64,000 nt of DNA from a virus. Lineage: Duplodnaviria > Caudoviricetes. The notes under the pieces were generated by a model that was given only the letters and a program-made list of their open reading frames with translations, made no database searches and was not told the DNA's origin. The DNA lies in the IMG/VR virus record IMGVR_UViG_3300002446_000068, positions 8,958 through 72,957 of that record, one strand, 5' to 3'. Position numbers and translations under genes: made by a program. Position 1 is the first letter of the stretch, and every line of letters begins with the position of its first letter. Positions 54,421 through 63,233 of the stretch are shown here, in pieces.

Positions 54421-54535
54421 ATTTAGAGCCTATCGAATTCACACGAATTCACACAGTTTCAAAGGAATTTTAGGGATGTATAAAAATTGATACACTTTTC
54501 GTGAATTTATACAACTTTTATACATCGCCCGTAGT

Positions 54536-55576
54536 CTAAAAATCATCTCGGCCCAAGTACCACCGGAGCGACTCGGTATCATATACCCGGTGAATGTCGT
54601 GGCGCTTGGCGGATAGTACGAATGTGGGCCATATAAATACCCCGCGACTCCAGCCCCGTAGCGTGAACGGGTCAGGACCGGATTTAGCTGTGCCCGTTTG
54701 CACCAGGTGGGCGATACGGTTCTCTTGCAGACCGGCGTCGTATGCCTCACCGTGGTGTACCCGCTCCTGGTACGCGAATGTGTGCCCATGTCCTTGGATA
54801 ACAAAGTCCGCCTGCGGGACTTGAAATGTTAGCTCGCGTGATTGGGAGTGGGACGGATTCAAATAGCTATGGCCCGGAAAGCTGTGTGCCACCGCCAGCA
54901 CGTACCTTTGGTCCCCGACGTGCAGCTTCACCACGCCGCGACCGGCAAAGTACGGAACCTTATCGGCGTATATGACGGCCTGCTGGTCCTCACCCGTTAG
55001 CTTTTCCATAAAGGCAGGATGATTGCCCCAACAAGAGTACAGCAGCTTACCCGCTGCTGCCAGCTTGTCTACAATCTTGGCCACCAATTGCCGTTGCAGG
55101 TGTGGCGGTATTAGGTTGTTAAAGACCGTTGCTCCCCATCCTGGGGGGAAGGATTCCCAATCGTCGCCGTGTGTGCCCCAATACAGTCTGTCTATCTCCA
55201 GCACCTCACGGAACTTTTGTCGGAACTCTTCATGGAACGTATAAAGCCCACCGAGATGCCAACATGATGTGGGTGTGAAGGCGATGGGCTTGTTTGTTTC
55301 GATATGGATCACTGCCGATGTGGTCACCGGCTCTAGTTTCATACGGAGGCTCTGTATGGCCTCCAATTGGTCCAGAACTTCGTCTACGTCCATCTCTGGG
55401 CGGATAAGGTCTGGGAACTCTGGTAAGGTATGTCCTTCCTCTGGGCGTATAAGCAGCCTGAACCGTCGCCCTATTGTGGATTCACCCTTGCCCAACTGGG
55501 CCGCTATCTGCCTAAAGGATAGTCCTTCGTCCCGTAGTGAGAGAAGGATGTTGTCCTCCTCTGTCGTCCACGGCAT
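54536..55576 (-). CDS. N-terminal HTH plus calcineurin-like metallophosphoesterase
   Basis: WTTEED..LSFRQIAAQLGKGESTI; SCWHLG, HGDDWE, WGNH, AHS, QGHGHT. Confidence 0.8.
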   Translation of the reverse strand: MPWTTEEDNILLSLRDEGLSFRQIAAQLGKGESTIGRRFRLLIRPEEGHTLPEFPDLIRPEMDVDEVLDQLEAIQSLRMKLEPVTTSAVIHIETNKPIAFTPTSCWHLGGLYTFHEEFRQKFREVLEIDRLYWGTHGDDWESFPPGWGATVFNNLIPPHLQRQLVAKIVDKLAAAGKLLYSCWGNHPAFMEKLTGEDQQAVIYADKVPYFAGRGVVKLHVGDQRYVLAVAHSFPGHSYLNPSHSQSRELTFQVPQADFVIQGHGHTFAYQERVHHGEAYDAGLQENRIAHLVQTGTAKSGPDPFTLRGWSRGVFIWPTFVLSAKRHDIHRVYDTESLRWYLGRDDF

Positions 55577-55588
55577 AAGACCTCCTTG

Positions 55589-55643
55589 GCGTACCGGCGA
55601 TAACACTACTGTAAAGTATATCGCCGGTACGCTAGGGTGTCAA
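55589..55643 (-). promoter_or_regulatory. Promoter TTGACA-N17-TATACT overlapped by a 14-bp inverted-repeat operator
   Basis: gcgtaccggcgata (55589-55602) / tatcgccggtacgc (55619-55632). Confidence 0.75.
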
Positions 55644-55711
55644 GCTAGTCCAGCAGCGCCCCACATGCCCGGCCCACCTGGGCCGGGGCCATTCTGTCAT
55701 ATTTGACCGAA

Positions 55712-57646
55712 TCATCCCAGTAGCTTGAGGGCCGAGCGGGTGGAGTTCACTTTGAACAGGTCGGCCATGTTGTGGCTCCCACCGTCTACGGCCTGGTCAA
55801 AGGCCCACTGTTTGCCCAGCAGCGTCGTGACCATATTTTCGTCGATGGTCCCTTCGATTGCGGGGAACAGGGCCACTACGTCACCCTCTTGCCCATAGCG
55901 CCATGCCCGTCCTATGGCTTGCACCACGTCTTTCGGGAGCCAGGGCATGTTGAGAATGACCACGTAAGCGGTATCTCCCTCTTTGAGTCCACCTTGGAGG
56001 TTGATTCCCTCAAAGGCGGCGGGTGAGCCGAGAAATACTTTGAAGTCGTGGTCCGAGTTCCACCGTTCTGAAATCTGCTGGCGGGACTCGTGTTTGGTGC
56101 TGCCGTCGATGATGGAGCAATACCCTGCTGGGTCGGCCACCTTGCCCTCCGGCATGAGTTTGCCGCCCTTGTCGGAGAGAATATCGAACTTGAGCTTGGC
56201 CGAGATGCGGTTCAGCAGTGGGCGCAGTTCGCTAGTCCAGTCTGAAAAGATAAGGAACTTGTCGCCGTTGTCCTGCTGGTCGAGTTGGTCGGCGATGAAT
56301 TCCAAAAGCCACTCTTGCTTGGCCCCTTTGTCGCTCACCGCAATCTTGAGCGATGGAGCGAATTCGGGGTTTCGGCCTTGCAGTGAGAGTTGGAATTCCC
56401 TGGGTGTCAAGGTCGTGGCCCGTCGGAAGTATGTCAGTTGGGCCAGGACCGAGCGTAGTTGCTTCTGGTCCAAGAGTTCGCCAGAGTCCCCGTACATGTT
56501 GATGAACCCATTCATCAACTGGTTGTACAGGTCGGCCTGTGCGGGTGTGGGCTCCAAGGAGATGTGTTCATAAGCTATGGCATTGATGCCCAGCACCTCT
56601 GCCCTACGCCACCGCACCATCCCAAAGTCAATAAGCCTTTGGTTCAGTTCGGCCATCGCGGACTTTTTGGGACCGACAATCTTGCGGGCCGAGTGCTCGC
56701 GGCCTCCCTTACGGAAGGTCACAAGCTCAGTGTCACAGTACCGGTCCCGGAAGGACTCGAACGTGCCCCACTGTCCGACATGCCTGTATCGGATGGTCTC
56801 GTCGGGCGTCTCCGGGTTGAATGGCTTGGGCTTGTCGGACAGTGTACAGTGGTCGTCGGCCCAACACCGACATGCCTTGCAGCCCATCGAATGATAGGCA
56901 TACCGCTGTTTGTCGTATCGCGGTAGAAGGCAGTGCTTGTTGGGTACAGGCGGCGTGCCCCGCACGGACCTGGTGAATGTGCGGGTGTTGTCCAGCCACT
57001 CCAAAACGCCGTGCAAGCTGTCGGGCTTGTTGGAAAGCGGTGTGCCCGTGAGTCCCATGTGGAACCCCGCGCACACGGACCGGACGGCCCGTGCTCGCTT
57101 TGACTCTTTCCACTTGATATAGTGGGCCTCATCGCACACAATCGACAGAAAGAACGGGTTCTCCAAGTCGCCTAAATCTTGAAAGAACTGCTGGTGGATA
57201 GTGACCAGTTCGTAGTTTGTCACCACGATAGCCGGTCGAATGAGTTGCAGGAAGGTCAGCTGGGCCTCTCGGGCCTGGGCGTCGCCGTTAATCATGTAGA
57301 TGTCGGTGATACCCAGGTCGGTTCGCCACTTGCGGGCCTCCTTGACCCAGTTCCACTTGACCGATGCTGGCACTACAAAGAGCACCGGCTTGTCCCATCT
57401 TGGGTCGCCCTGTTCTTTCAGCCATTCCCGTACGTAGTACAGGTACACCAGAGTAGACGGCGTTTTGCCTGTGCCCACGTCCGCGAACAGCGGAAGGGTA
57501 AAGCCTTTGAGCGAACCGTCTTTGGCGTATTGGTCCTGTCCCCGCTTGAGAGCTTTGAGGACGGACTCTATCTGGTATCCGCCCCGTCCTTCTGGGTGGG
57601 CGGCGGTTTGGTCCCCACGTAGTGACTCAAGAAGCGTTATGTCCAT
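55712..57646 (-). CDS. SNF2-like SF2 helicase
   Basis: DVGTGKT, CDEAH, LTGTP, FEGINL, QAIGRAWRYGQ. Confidence 0.9.
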   Translation of the reverse strand: MDITLLESLRGDQTAAHPEGRGGYQIESVLKALKRGQDQYAKDGSLKGFTLPLFADVGTGKTPSTLVYLYYVREWLKEQGDPRWDKPVLFVVPASVKWNWVKEARKWRTDLGITDIYMINGDAQAREAQLTFLQLIRPAIVVTNYELVTIHQQFFQDLGDLENPFFLSIVCDEAHYIKWKESKRARAVRSVCAGFHMGLTGTPLSNKPDSLHGVLEWLDNTRTFTRSVRGTPPVPNKHCLLPRYDKQRYAYHSMGCKACRCWADDHCTLSDKPKPFNPETPDETIRYRHVGQWGTFESFRDRYCDTELVTFRKGGREHSARKIVGPKKSAMAELNQRLIDFGMVRWRRAEVLGINAIAYEHISLEPTPAQADLYNQLMNGFINMYGDSGELLDQKQLRSVLAQLTYFRRATTLTPREFQLSLQGRNPEFAPSLKIAVSDKGAKQEWLLEFIADQLDQQDNGDKFLIFSDWTSELRPLLNRISAKLKFDILSDKGGKLMPEGKVADPAGYCSIIDGSTKHESRQQISERWNSDHDFKVFLGSPAAFEGINLQGGLKEGDTAYVVILNMPWLPKDVVQAIGRAWRYGQEGDVVALFPAIEGTIDENMVTTLLGKQWAFDQAVDGGSHNMADLFKVNSTRSALKLLG

Positions 57647-57845
57647 TATGGACCTCCTTGATCACGTCATGGGCCATGTGCCATAGCCACCACGGGACCG
57701 GCAACTCCATGCCGATAGCGTGAGCGGTGGCTGTGCATAGCCCGACCATGTCGGGCCTCTGCCCCGGGTGGTTCGCCGCGTGGATGCGTTCGGCGGCTTC
57801 CATTAGGTCGCGAACCAGCTTCCGTTTCTCGTCCTCTGTGATCAC
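57627..57845 (-). CDS. Hypothetical protein
   Basis: GGGAGGG RBS before GTG. Confidence 0.5.
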   Translation of the reverse strand: MITEDEKRKLVRDLMEAAERIHAANHPGQRPDMVGLCTATAHAIGMELPVPWWLWHMAHDVIKEVHNGHNAS

Positions 57846-58030
57846 CGTTCCCTCCCTTCCGGCCCGATTGTCATTTCCCAACCGAGCCGTTGCCATTGAA
57901 GGCAAATGGACAGGAACAGGAACAACAGAGCCTGCCGTTCCTCTCTTGTCATGTCCGGCCTCCTTTCCGCGCTAAATGCGCGACCAAGGGCCACCTGGTG
58001 GGTAGTCCCAGATGGCCCTTAGTCGTGCGA

Positions 58031-58255
58031 TTAGTCGACCGCGATCTTGGTAAAGCTGGTGCCGTATGTCTCATTAATGGCACCAAGTAACGCCTGCTTG
58101 GACTCTTTCACGTGCCGCTTGGTGGTATCCCTCACACCAATATACTCCCACAGCCCACAGCTTAGGAAGTCTACGTCGCGGCGCATCTGGACCGTCACTT
58201 TCTCGGGTTCGTTGCCCGAGATACCGCCATGAATCAGTCCGACGTGGTACTTCAT
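58031..58255 (-). CDS. Hypothetical protein
   Basis: GGAGG RBS. Confidence 0.6.
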   Translation of the reverse strand: MKYHVGLIHGGISGNEPEKVTVQMRRDVDFLSCGLWEYIGVRDTTKRHVKESKQALLGAINETYGTSFTKIAVD

Positions 58256-58306
58256 GTGGTCCCTCCATAGGGAATGGCCCGGGTGGTGGTCCCCGGGTCT
58301 CTAGGT

Positions 58307-58798
58307 CTACCGCATGTCGCAGGTAACGGCCATCTGGCCGACGCTAGCGGTAAACTCGGTGCGAATCACGCACCCGGAGGGCAGCTTGTCGCCCTCTTTC
58401 AGCTCGGGGCCGTCGCCAGCGAACTGGATCAGGATACCGACATCCCCGACTTTCCCGTACCACTCGCAGCGTCGGCGGATAATCGTGCGGCGGCGCTTGC
58501 CGTCCCACTTGTCTTGGGTTTCGGCGTACCATCGTGGCGTTTCCCATTCCACGTCCCCGATGTAGGCCATAGCAGCACGGTGGCACTCCGCTGTGTCTTT
58601 CAGGTAGATCTTGATGTCGCCGTATTCGATGGCGACCTGGCGAGCGATGTCGAATAGCGGGTACAGGTCCAGGGACTCGATAACGGCCCGGGCCCTTTCC
58701 AACGCCGCGATTTTCTTCTCGGCGTCTGCGCGGATAGTGTCTGGCTCGGTGGCCAGACGGTCGCGGACGGATGTCGCCTTTGGGTTGTACACGTACAT
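58307..58798 (-). CDS. Hypothetical protein
   Basis: GGAGG RBS. Confidence 0.65.
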   Translation of the reverse strand: MYVYNPKATSVRDRLATEPDTIRADAEKKIAALERARAVIESLDLYPLFDIARQVAIEYGDIKIYLKDTAECHRAAMAYIGDVEWETPRWYAETQDKWDGKRRRTIIRRRCEWYGKVGDVGILIQFAGDGPELKEGDKLPSGCVIRTEFTASVGQMAVTCDMR

Positions 58799-58885
58799 TT
58801 GCCATACCTCCTATAGTATGATTTGACGGCCTGTATAGCCCGTCACGCTTGCCCAGCGGTGGTGCTACTGGGCATGAGTCGCGGG

Positions 58886-59500
58886 TTATAGCTCGAACGG
58901 TCTCATACTGTACTTGTCATGGAGGCTATAGTGGAAGTTGAACGTCCGTTCTCCCAATACGTCCTCAAGTACCATATTGCTCGGGTTCATGGCCCGGATG
59001 ACGGTTATCTGGGTTTGCAGCTCGTACTCGAATTGCACTACGTCGCCTACGCTGTAGCGGGCCATGCACCATGCACGGTCGCGGGTTGGGGCAGACTCGG
59101 TGCGGCTGTACATCTTGTCCCCGTTGTAGGGGAGCTTGTCCATCAGGTAGCGCAACCGAGTCACGAATCCGTCATTGTGGACGGACCCGTTGTACCGTTC
59201 GCCGTCACGCACTTGTAGCGCGTGGGCGGATTCGTGTAGGGCCATTCGGTGCAGGGACTCTTGTCCGCTGCACGCGACCTTCGGCACACCAAGCGACGCG
59301 GCGACCGTCGCGTATTCGCGGAATCCATCTACCAAGGACCGCTGGATACTTTGGGCCCCGTAGTGTAGCTCGTGGACTCCGTTCACCTTCTTGTGGTAGG
59401 AGATGCGGGCGTTCCCGAAAACCACGCGGAACTCGACCCGTTCTCCGCGCAAAGCGTCGCCGGTGACTTGGGACAGATACTTCTTGGCGTCCATTGTCAC
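58886..59500 (-). CDS. SprT-like zinc metalloprotease with SH3-like C-terminus
   Basis: HESAH...HNDGF; YSVGDVVQF. Confidence 0.65.
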   Translation of the reverse strand: MTMDAKKYLSQVTGDALRGERVEFRVVFGNARISYHKKVNGVHELHYGAQSIQRSLVDGFREYATVAASLGVPKVACSGQESLHRMALHESAHALQVRDGERYNGSVHNDGFVTRLRYLMDKLPYNGDKMYSRTESAPTRDRAWCMARYSVGDVVQFEYELQTQITVIRAMNPSNMVLEDVLGERTFNFHYSLHDKYSMRPFEL

Positions 59501-59515
59501 CCTCCTTCAGTTGAT

Positions 59516-59713
59516 TCTGCCAATGGCTGGCAGCGAACGGGGCAGACCGGATAGTCAGCCCCGCTAGTCACAAGCCATTGGTCCGTGGACCGAACTCGGA
59601 GGTCCGTGGGCCTGGGTCCTTGTGCAACCGAGTTTGCAAGGCACTTGAGCCGATTGCCTTAATCGGGCTATGGGGTATGGATGCTAGCCTATTGTAGGCC
59701 CGACTAGCGGGGC
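59516..59713 (-). ncRNA. Multi-stem structured intergenic RNA candidate
   Basis: 12-bp inverted repeat gccccgctagtc (59558-59569) / gactagcggggc (59702-59713) enclosing several hairpins. Confidence 0.5.
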
Positions 59714-59720
59714 GCTTTGG

Positions 59721-60557
59721 TCACTTGAACGGCCACCAATCCTTGCCTTTCACAGCATCTGAACCGCGCCAATGACAGGCGGCGAACGTCAGGCCGTCTG
59801 CAACCATCGCGCTTTTGACGGCAGCGAGAAGCTCGTCTTCTGTGGTCGCGTCGCTGGACACCCAAGCGTTCCCGTTCTTGGTGATGACGTGGTGCCCATT
59901 CTCGAAGCTATACTCGTAAGAGGATCGGGTCCCACCACCGTTGCGCTTGCCACCAGAGCTGGCCTTTTTGCCTGTGAGGGACACAGTGCCGTCGTAGTTT
60001 ATGGCCGTGGTGACTTTCACCTTGTCCATGTCGATGCCGTTTCTTTTGGCGACTTGGGCCACGACGGAGTACACAGCGGCCGTCGCCGTGCGCAACGTGT
60101 CGGGGACACGGGCTGCCAGCTTGCCCAGCTCGGAGTCGCGCTTGATTTTGACGATCATGCGCAACACGTCATCGGACTCGGGCCATTCGCGTTCGAGTGT
60201 GATAAAACCTTGTGCTTCCCCGCCCGTGACCTCCAAGTCCATGTCCAGCCCAGCGGCTTCGAGCGCCGCCTCCAGATCGGCCAGGGCCGACAAGTAGGAT
60301 TCCACGTACGGCACCAAGGCCCCGCCTTCCGCAAGCGCCTTCTGGACGTACGGGCCCGCAATGTCCGCCAAGTCGGGCACAACCTCCTTTGGCTTCGCGG
60401 ACGCCTTCAGCAACCCGGAATCCACCATAGTCTGGACCATAATCCAAGCTTGGTCCCTAGCGATTCCTTTAGCCACCATAGCGTCCAGAGCCTGCTTGAA
60501 GGACTCCGACACCTCATACTTGCTGCCGCCAAACTCCACTACACTATTCTCGGACAT
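59721..60557 (-). CDS. Hypothetical protein
   Basis: GGAGG RBS; 278 aa. Confidence 0.7.
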   Translation of the reverse strand: MSENSVVEFGGSKYEVSESFKQALDAMVAKGIARDQAWIMVQTMVDSGLLKASAKPKEVVPDLADIAGPYVQKALAEGGALVPYVESYLSALADLEAALEAAGLDMDLEVTGGEAQGFITLEREWPESDDVLRMIVKIKRDSELGKLAARVPDTLRTATAAVYSVVAQVAKRNGIDMDKVKVTTAINYDGTVSLTGKKASSGGKRNGGGTRSSYEYSFENGHHVITKNGNAWVSSDATTEDELLAAVKSAMVADGLTFAACHWRGSDAVKGKDWWPFK

Positions 60558-60692
60558 TTTTCACCTCCCAGTGAATTGAGAATTGTGTAGGGCAAATGCC
60601 CTACTGTCTGGGCGCGTAGTCATCCCACGTGTGCAGACAGTAGGGCGTGATGGGCGTATAGCACCACCTGGCTGGGCATAACCCAGCGCTAT

Positions 60693-60824
60693 TCACTTGG
60701 CATTTTTCGCGTACATGCGCAGCAGTCGCCGCGCAGCTGCATCATATACCCGTTTGCGGATACCCCCATCGTCAAAGGCATTGGGAGCAAGGACCGATGC
60801 AATCTTACGATATACCCACTTCAT
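60693..60824 (-). CDS. Small basic 43-aa ORF absent from the ORF track
   Basis: GGAGG RBS; MKWVYRKIASVLAPNAFDDGGIRKRVYDAAARRLLRMYAKNAK. Confidence 0.5.
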   Translation of the reverse strand: MKWVYRKIASVLAPNAFDDGGIRKRVYDAAARRLLRMYAKNAK

Positions 60825-60944
60825 CGCACACCTCCCAGTTAGATTTTATGCCCAACCAGGTGGCGCTATACACACCATCCAACCCTATCCCATTGTCCCC
60901 ACCTCCTATGGGCTTGCGCCCAATCAGGAACCGGGGACTGTACC

Positions 60945-61187
60945 CTTATCATCCCTCTCTTGGGCACAAGATAGATTAGCCCAAAAGCCAGATTTCCCGA
61001 ACGAATTCTGCCGCTTGTACACAGCCGTGCTTGCGTAGGTCCGATTCAATCGCCAGCAACACGTCATCCGCGTTCTGGCGAGCGCTCAAACGTTTCATAC
61101 TTTCGGACGATTCCCGATTGACACGGATTAGTTCGATTTTTTCCATAACATACCTCCCAGGGTTGTGCCCAAGAGAGGGATGATAAG
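60945..61187. repeat. Perfect 25-bp inverted repeats flanking a 193-bp segment
   Basis: cttatcatccctctcttgggcacaa (60945-60969) and its reverse complement (61163-61187). Confidence 0.9.
60976..61146 (-). CDS. Small protein lying inside the inverted repeats
   Basis: GGAGG RBS at 61157-61153; MEKIELIRVNRE... Confidence 0.55.
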   Translation of the reverse strand: MEKIELIRVNRESSESMKRLSARQNADDVLLAIESDLRKHGCVQAAEFVREIWLLG

Positions 61188-62027
61188 AATACATGGTGTG
61201 GAGGATGGCTCTTTGTTCTCGCCCAATATACCCCCGGGGGGTATCCTGGACTTGGGTCAATTCCCCATTAGTTCCCCAGGCTAGCAGCACCGTCCTGCCT
61301 GCACGATTCCAACGTGCTCCACTGGGGTGCCGGCTTGCAGTCGGTTCCGTAGGTCGGGGCAGGTTTCAAGCGCCTACGCTGTCGCAACAAGCCAGTCTAT
61401 GTACTAGCTGCTCGTGGCTGGGCGAGCGGGTCCTAGCCGCGCGCGCGGGCACAAGTCTTATGCTAGATTGGAAGGCAAAAAAGCTATAATATGGTCCAGT
61501 CGGCACCTCCTTTGTTGAGTGGGCCGCGCCCCTTGCGCGCCCCCTAGTTTGCCCTACAGATGCAGTATACCACCCCCTTTTGCGGGGTAGGGGAAAAATG
61601 GGCGGGGGGTGGAAAGTGCCGGGTAGCCCCTCTCCCCCACCGGTCCTCCTCAAAAATTCCCAGGGACCCAGTCTCTCCCAGAAATTCTCAAAGGCGCAAG
61701 TGTCTGCAAGCGGTAGGCTGGGGATTTTCAAGGTCTCATTCTTTTTACAGGTCGGAGCGTCCTCAAGTGTCCAGTCTTATCGTGTATTGGGATGGAGTGG
61801 TGCGGGTATTCCGTTATGGTATCGGGGGATGGATTTTGGTAGTGGGGCAGTGAGGGGTATTGTGCCCGTTGCAGGGCGTATTGAAGATGGGTGGTTTTGG
61901 GGTTCCGTTACAGAGTCATAAGGGAGGGGGTTAGATTGGGGGAGTATGCCCGTTAGGGGGCAGGGGGAAGATGGAGGGGAGTGGGGGAAGTGGGCCCCAC
62001 CCGTTGGATGGGTGGGGAGATATGGGG

Positions 62028-62567
62028 TTAGAGTTCTAGTTCGAGTTGGTGGGCGAGTTTTTGTTCTACGACGCAGATAGTATCGTGGTGTGTGGGGCCG
62101 TGGCAGACCAGGAGGACTTCGAGGAGTTGGTAGAGGCGGCTGTTGCCCATGCCGACGCTATCCCAGCCGAAGCAGAGGATATGGCCACCGGTTTTGAGGA
62201 GTTGGTGGCAGAGGGCTTTTTCTTGGGGCCAGTTGGAGGTACGTTGGACGTCTTGTTGGGTAGTTTTTTGGCCGATGGAGTCGTAGAGTTGTTTGACCTG
62301 GGCGGGGGAATAGGGGGGGTCAAAGAGGATGAGGTCGGCCTGGACGTTTTGGTCCACCAGCATTTGCAGGAAGTCGAGAACGTCCATGTGGTATTGGGCG
62401 GTGGTATTGGGGTTGAGGTCGTTGGTGTAGGTAGCCCACTGTTTATTACGGGCGAACGGGTCGATGCTAACGGTGGATTGGGCCAAGTACCGTTTGACCA
62501 GTTGTTTAATGGGTGCGCAAGAGAAGGTATCGCCGGTGGGCCAGGCCCAGACTCTTTGGATAATCAC
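62028..62567 (-). CDS. Short adenine DNA methyltransferase-like protein
   Basis: SIDPFARN (motif I-like), LFDPPYS (motif IV). Confidence 0.75.
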   Translation of the reverse strand: MIIQRVWAWPTGDTFSCAPIKQLVKRYLAQSTVSIDPFARNKQWATYTNDLNPNTTAQYHMDVLDFLQMLVDQNVQADLILFDPPYSPAQVKQLYDSIGQKTTQQDVQRTSNWPQEKALCHQLLKTGGHILCFGWDSVGMGNSRLYQLLEVLLVCHGPTHHDTICVVEQKLAHQLELEL

Positions 62568-62569
62568 GG

Positions 62570-63097
62570 TTAGTATTTCTCCTTAATGGGTTGTAGCCAG
62601 TTCTGTTTGGTCGTTTGTCGTCGCTTAGGTTCTTGTCGCCAGTTCCACCAGTTGGAGGAGCGTAGGATGAGGTGGAGGATGTGGAAGGCCACCGTGCGGG
62701 TATCGTCTGGGAGGGTGGCGATCATCTGGTCTTGGGTTTCGTGTTGCAGGGTCCAGTAGTGGTTGGTCAGGACGTGTCCCCATTCGTAGCAGACCACTTT
62801 TCCCAGGGTTTTGAGTGGGGAGTTTCCTCTGTTCTCGTTTGTGATAAGAATACCGTAGCAGCGGCTGCGGAGTCCGGGAGAACAAGTGATGTTTTTGTGT
62901 CCCACGTCGGAGTGGAAGGGGCAGAGCCAGCCGTCGTGCCAGGACCGGTAGAGGGGGCCGTCCTCCCACAGCCACTTGTGTACGGCAGCGAGAGTGGGCG
63001 ACCAGGTATGCTCCGTTTCGGGAAAGGTAACTGGCGGGTGCCTGCCGTAGGTATCGGGTACAACCATTTCCGGGATTACGGTCGTTCTAAGTTTCAT
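62570..63097 (-). CDS. Hypothetical protein
   Basis: ORF track; ATGA overlap. Confidence 0.6.
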   Translation of the reverse strand: MKLRTTVIPEMVVPDTYGRHPPVTFPETEHTWSPTLAAVHKWLWEDGPLYRSWHDGWLCPFHSDVGHKNITCSPGLRSRCYGILITNENRGNSPLKTLGKVVCYEWGHVLTNHYWTLQHETQDQMIATLPDDTRTVAFHILHLILRSSNWWNWRQEPKRRQTTKQNWLQPIKEKY

Positions 63098-63225
63098 TCT
63101 ACCTCCATTCCCGTAAGTCTCATTTGTGCCTGTGCTTCCATAATCCGCTTCTTGGCGATCTCAAAGTAGCCTGGGTCAATCTCGATCCCGATGAACTTGC
63201 GGCCTGTCTGGATACAGGCTACCAT
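63094..63225 (-). pseudogene. C-terminal remnant of an N6/N4 DNA methyltransferase
   Basis: [27 protein letters not shown] with no upstream DPF.GSG or DPPY in frame. Confidence 0.7.
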
Positions 63226-63233
63226 ATAATCCA

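Noticed and set aside
55712-57646. Intein in the helicase
   Set aside because: No C/S start, HN-C/S/T end or homing endonuclease motifs
59516-59713. Retron msr-msd
   Set aside because: Terminal inverted repeats resemble a1/a2, but there is no adjacent reverse transcriptase
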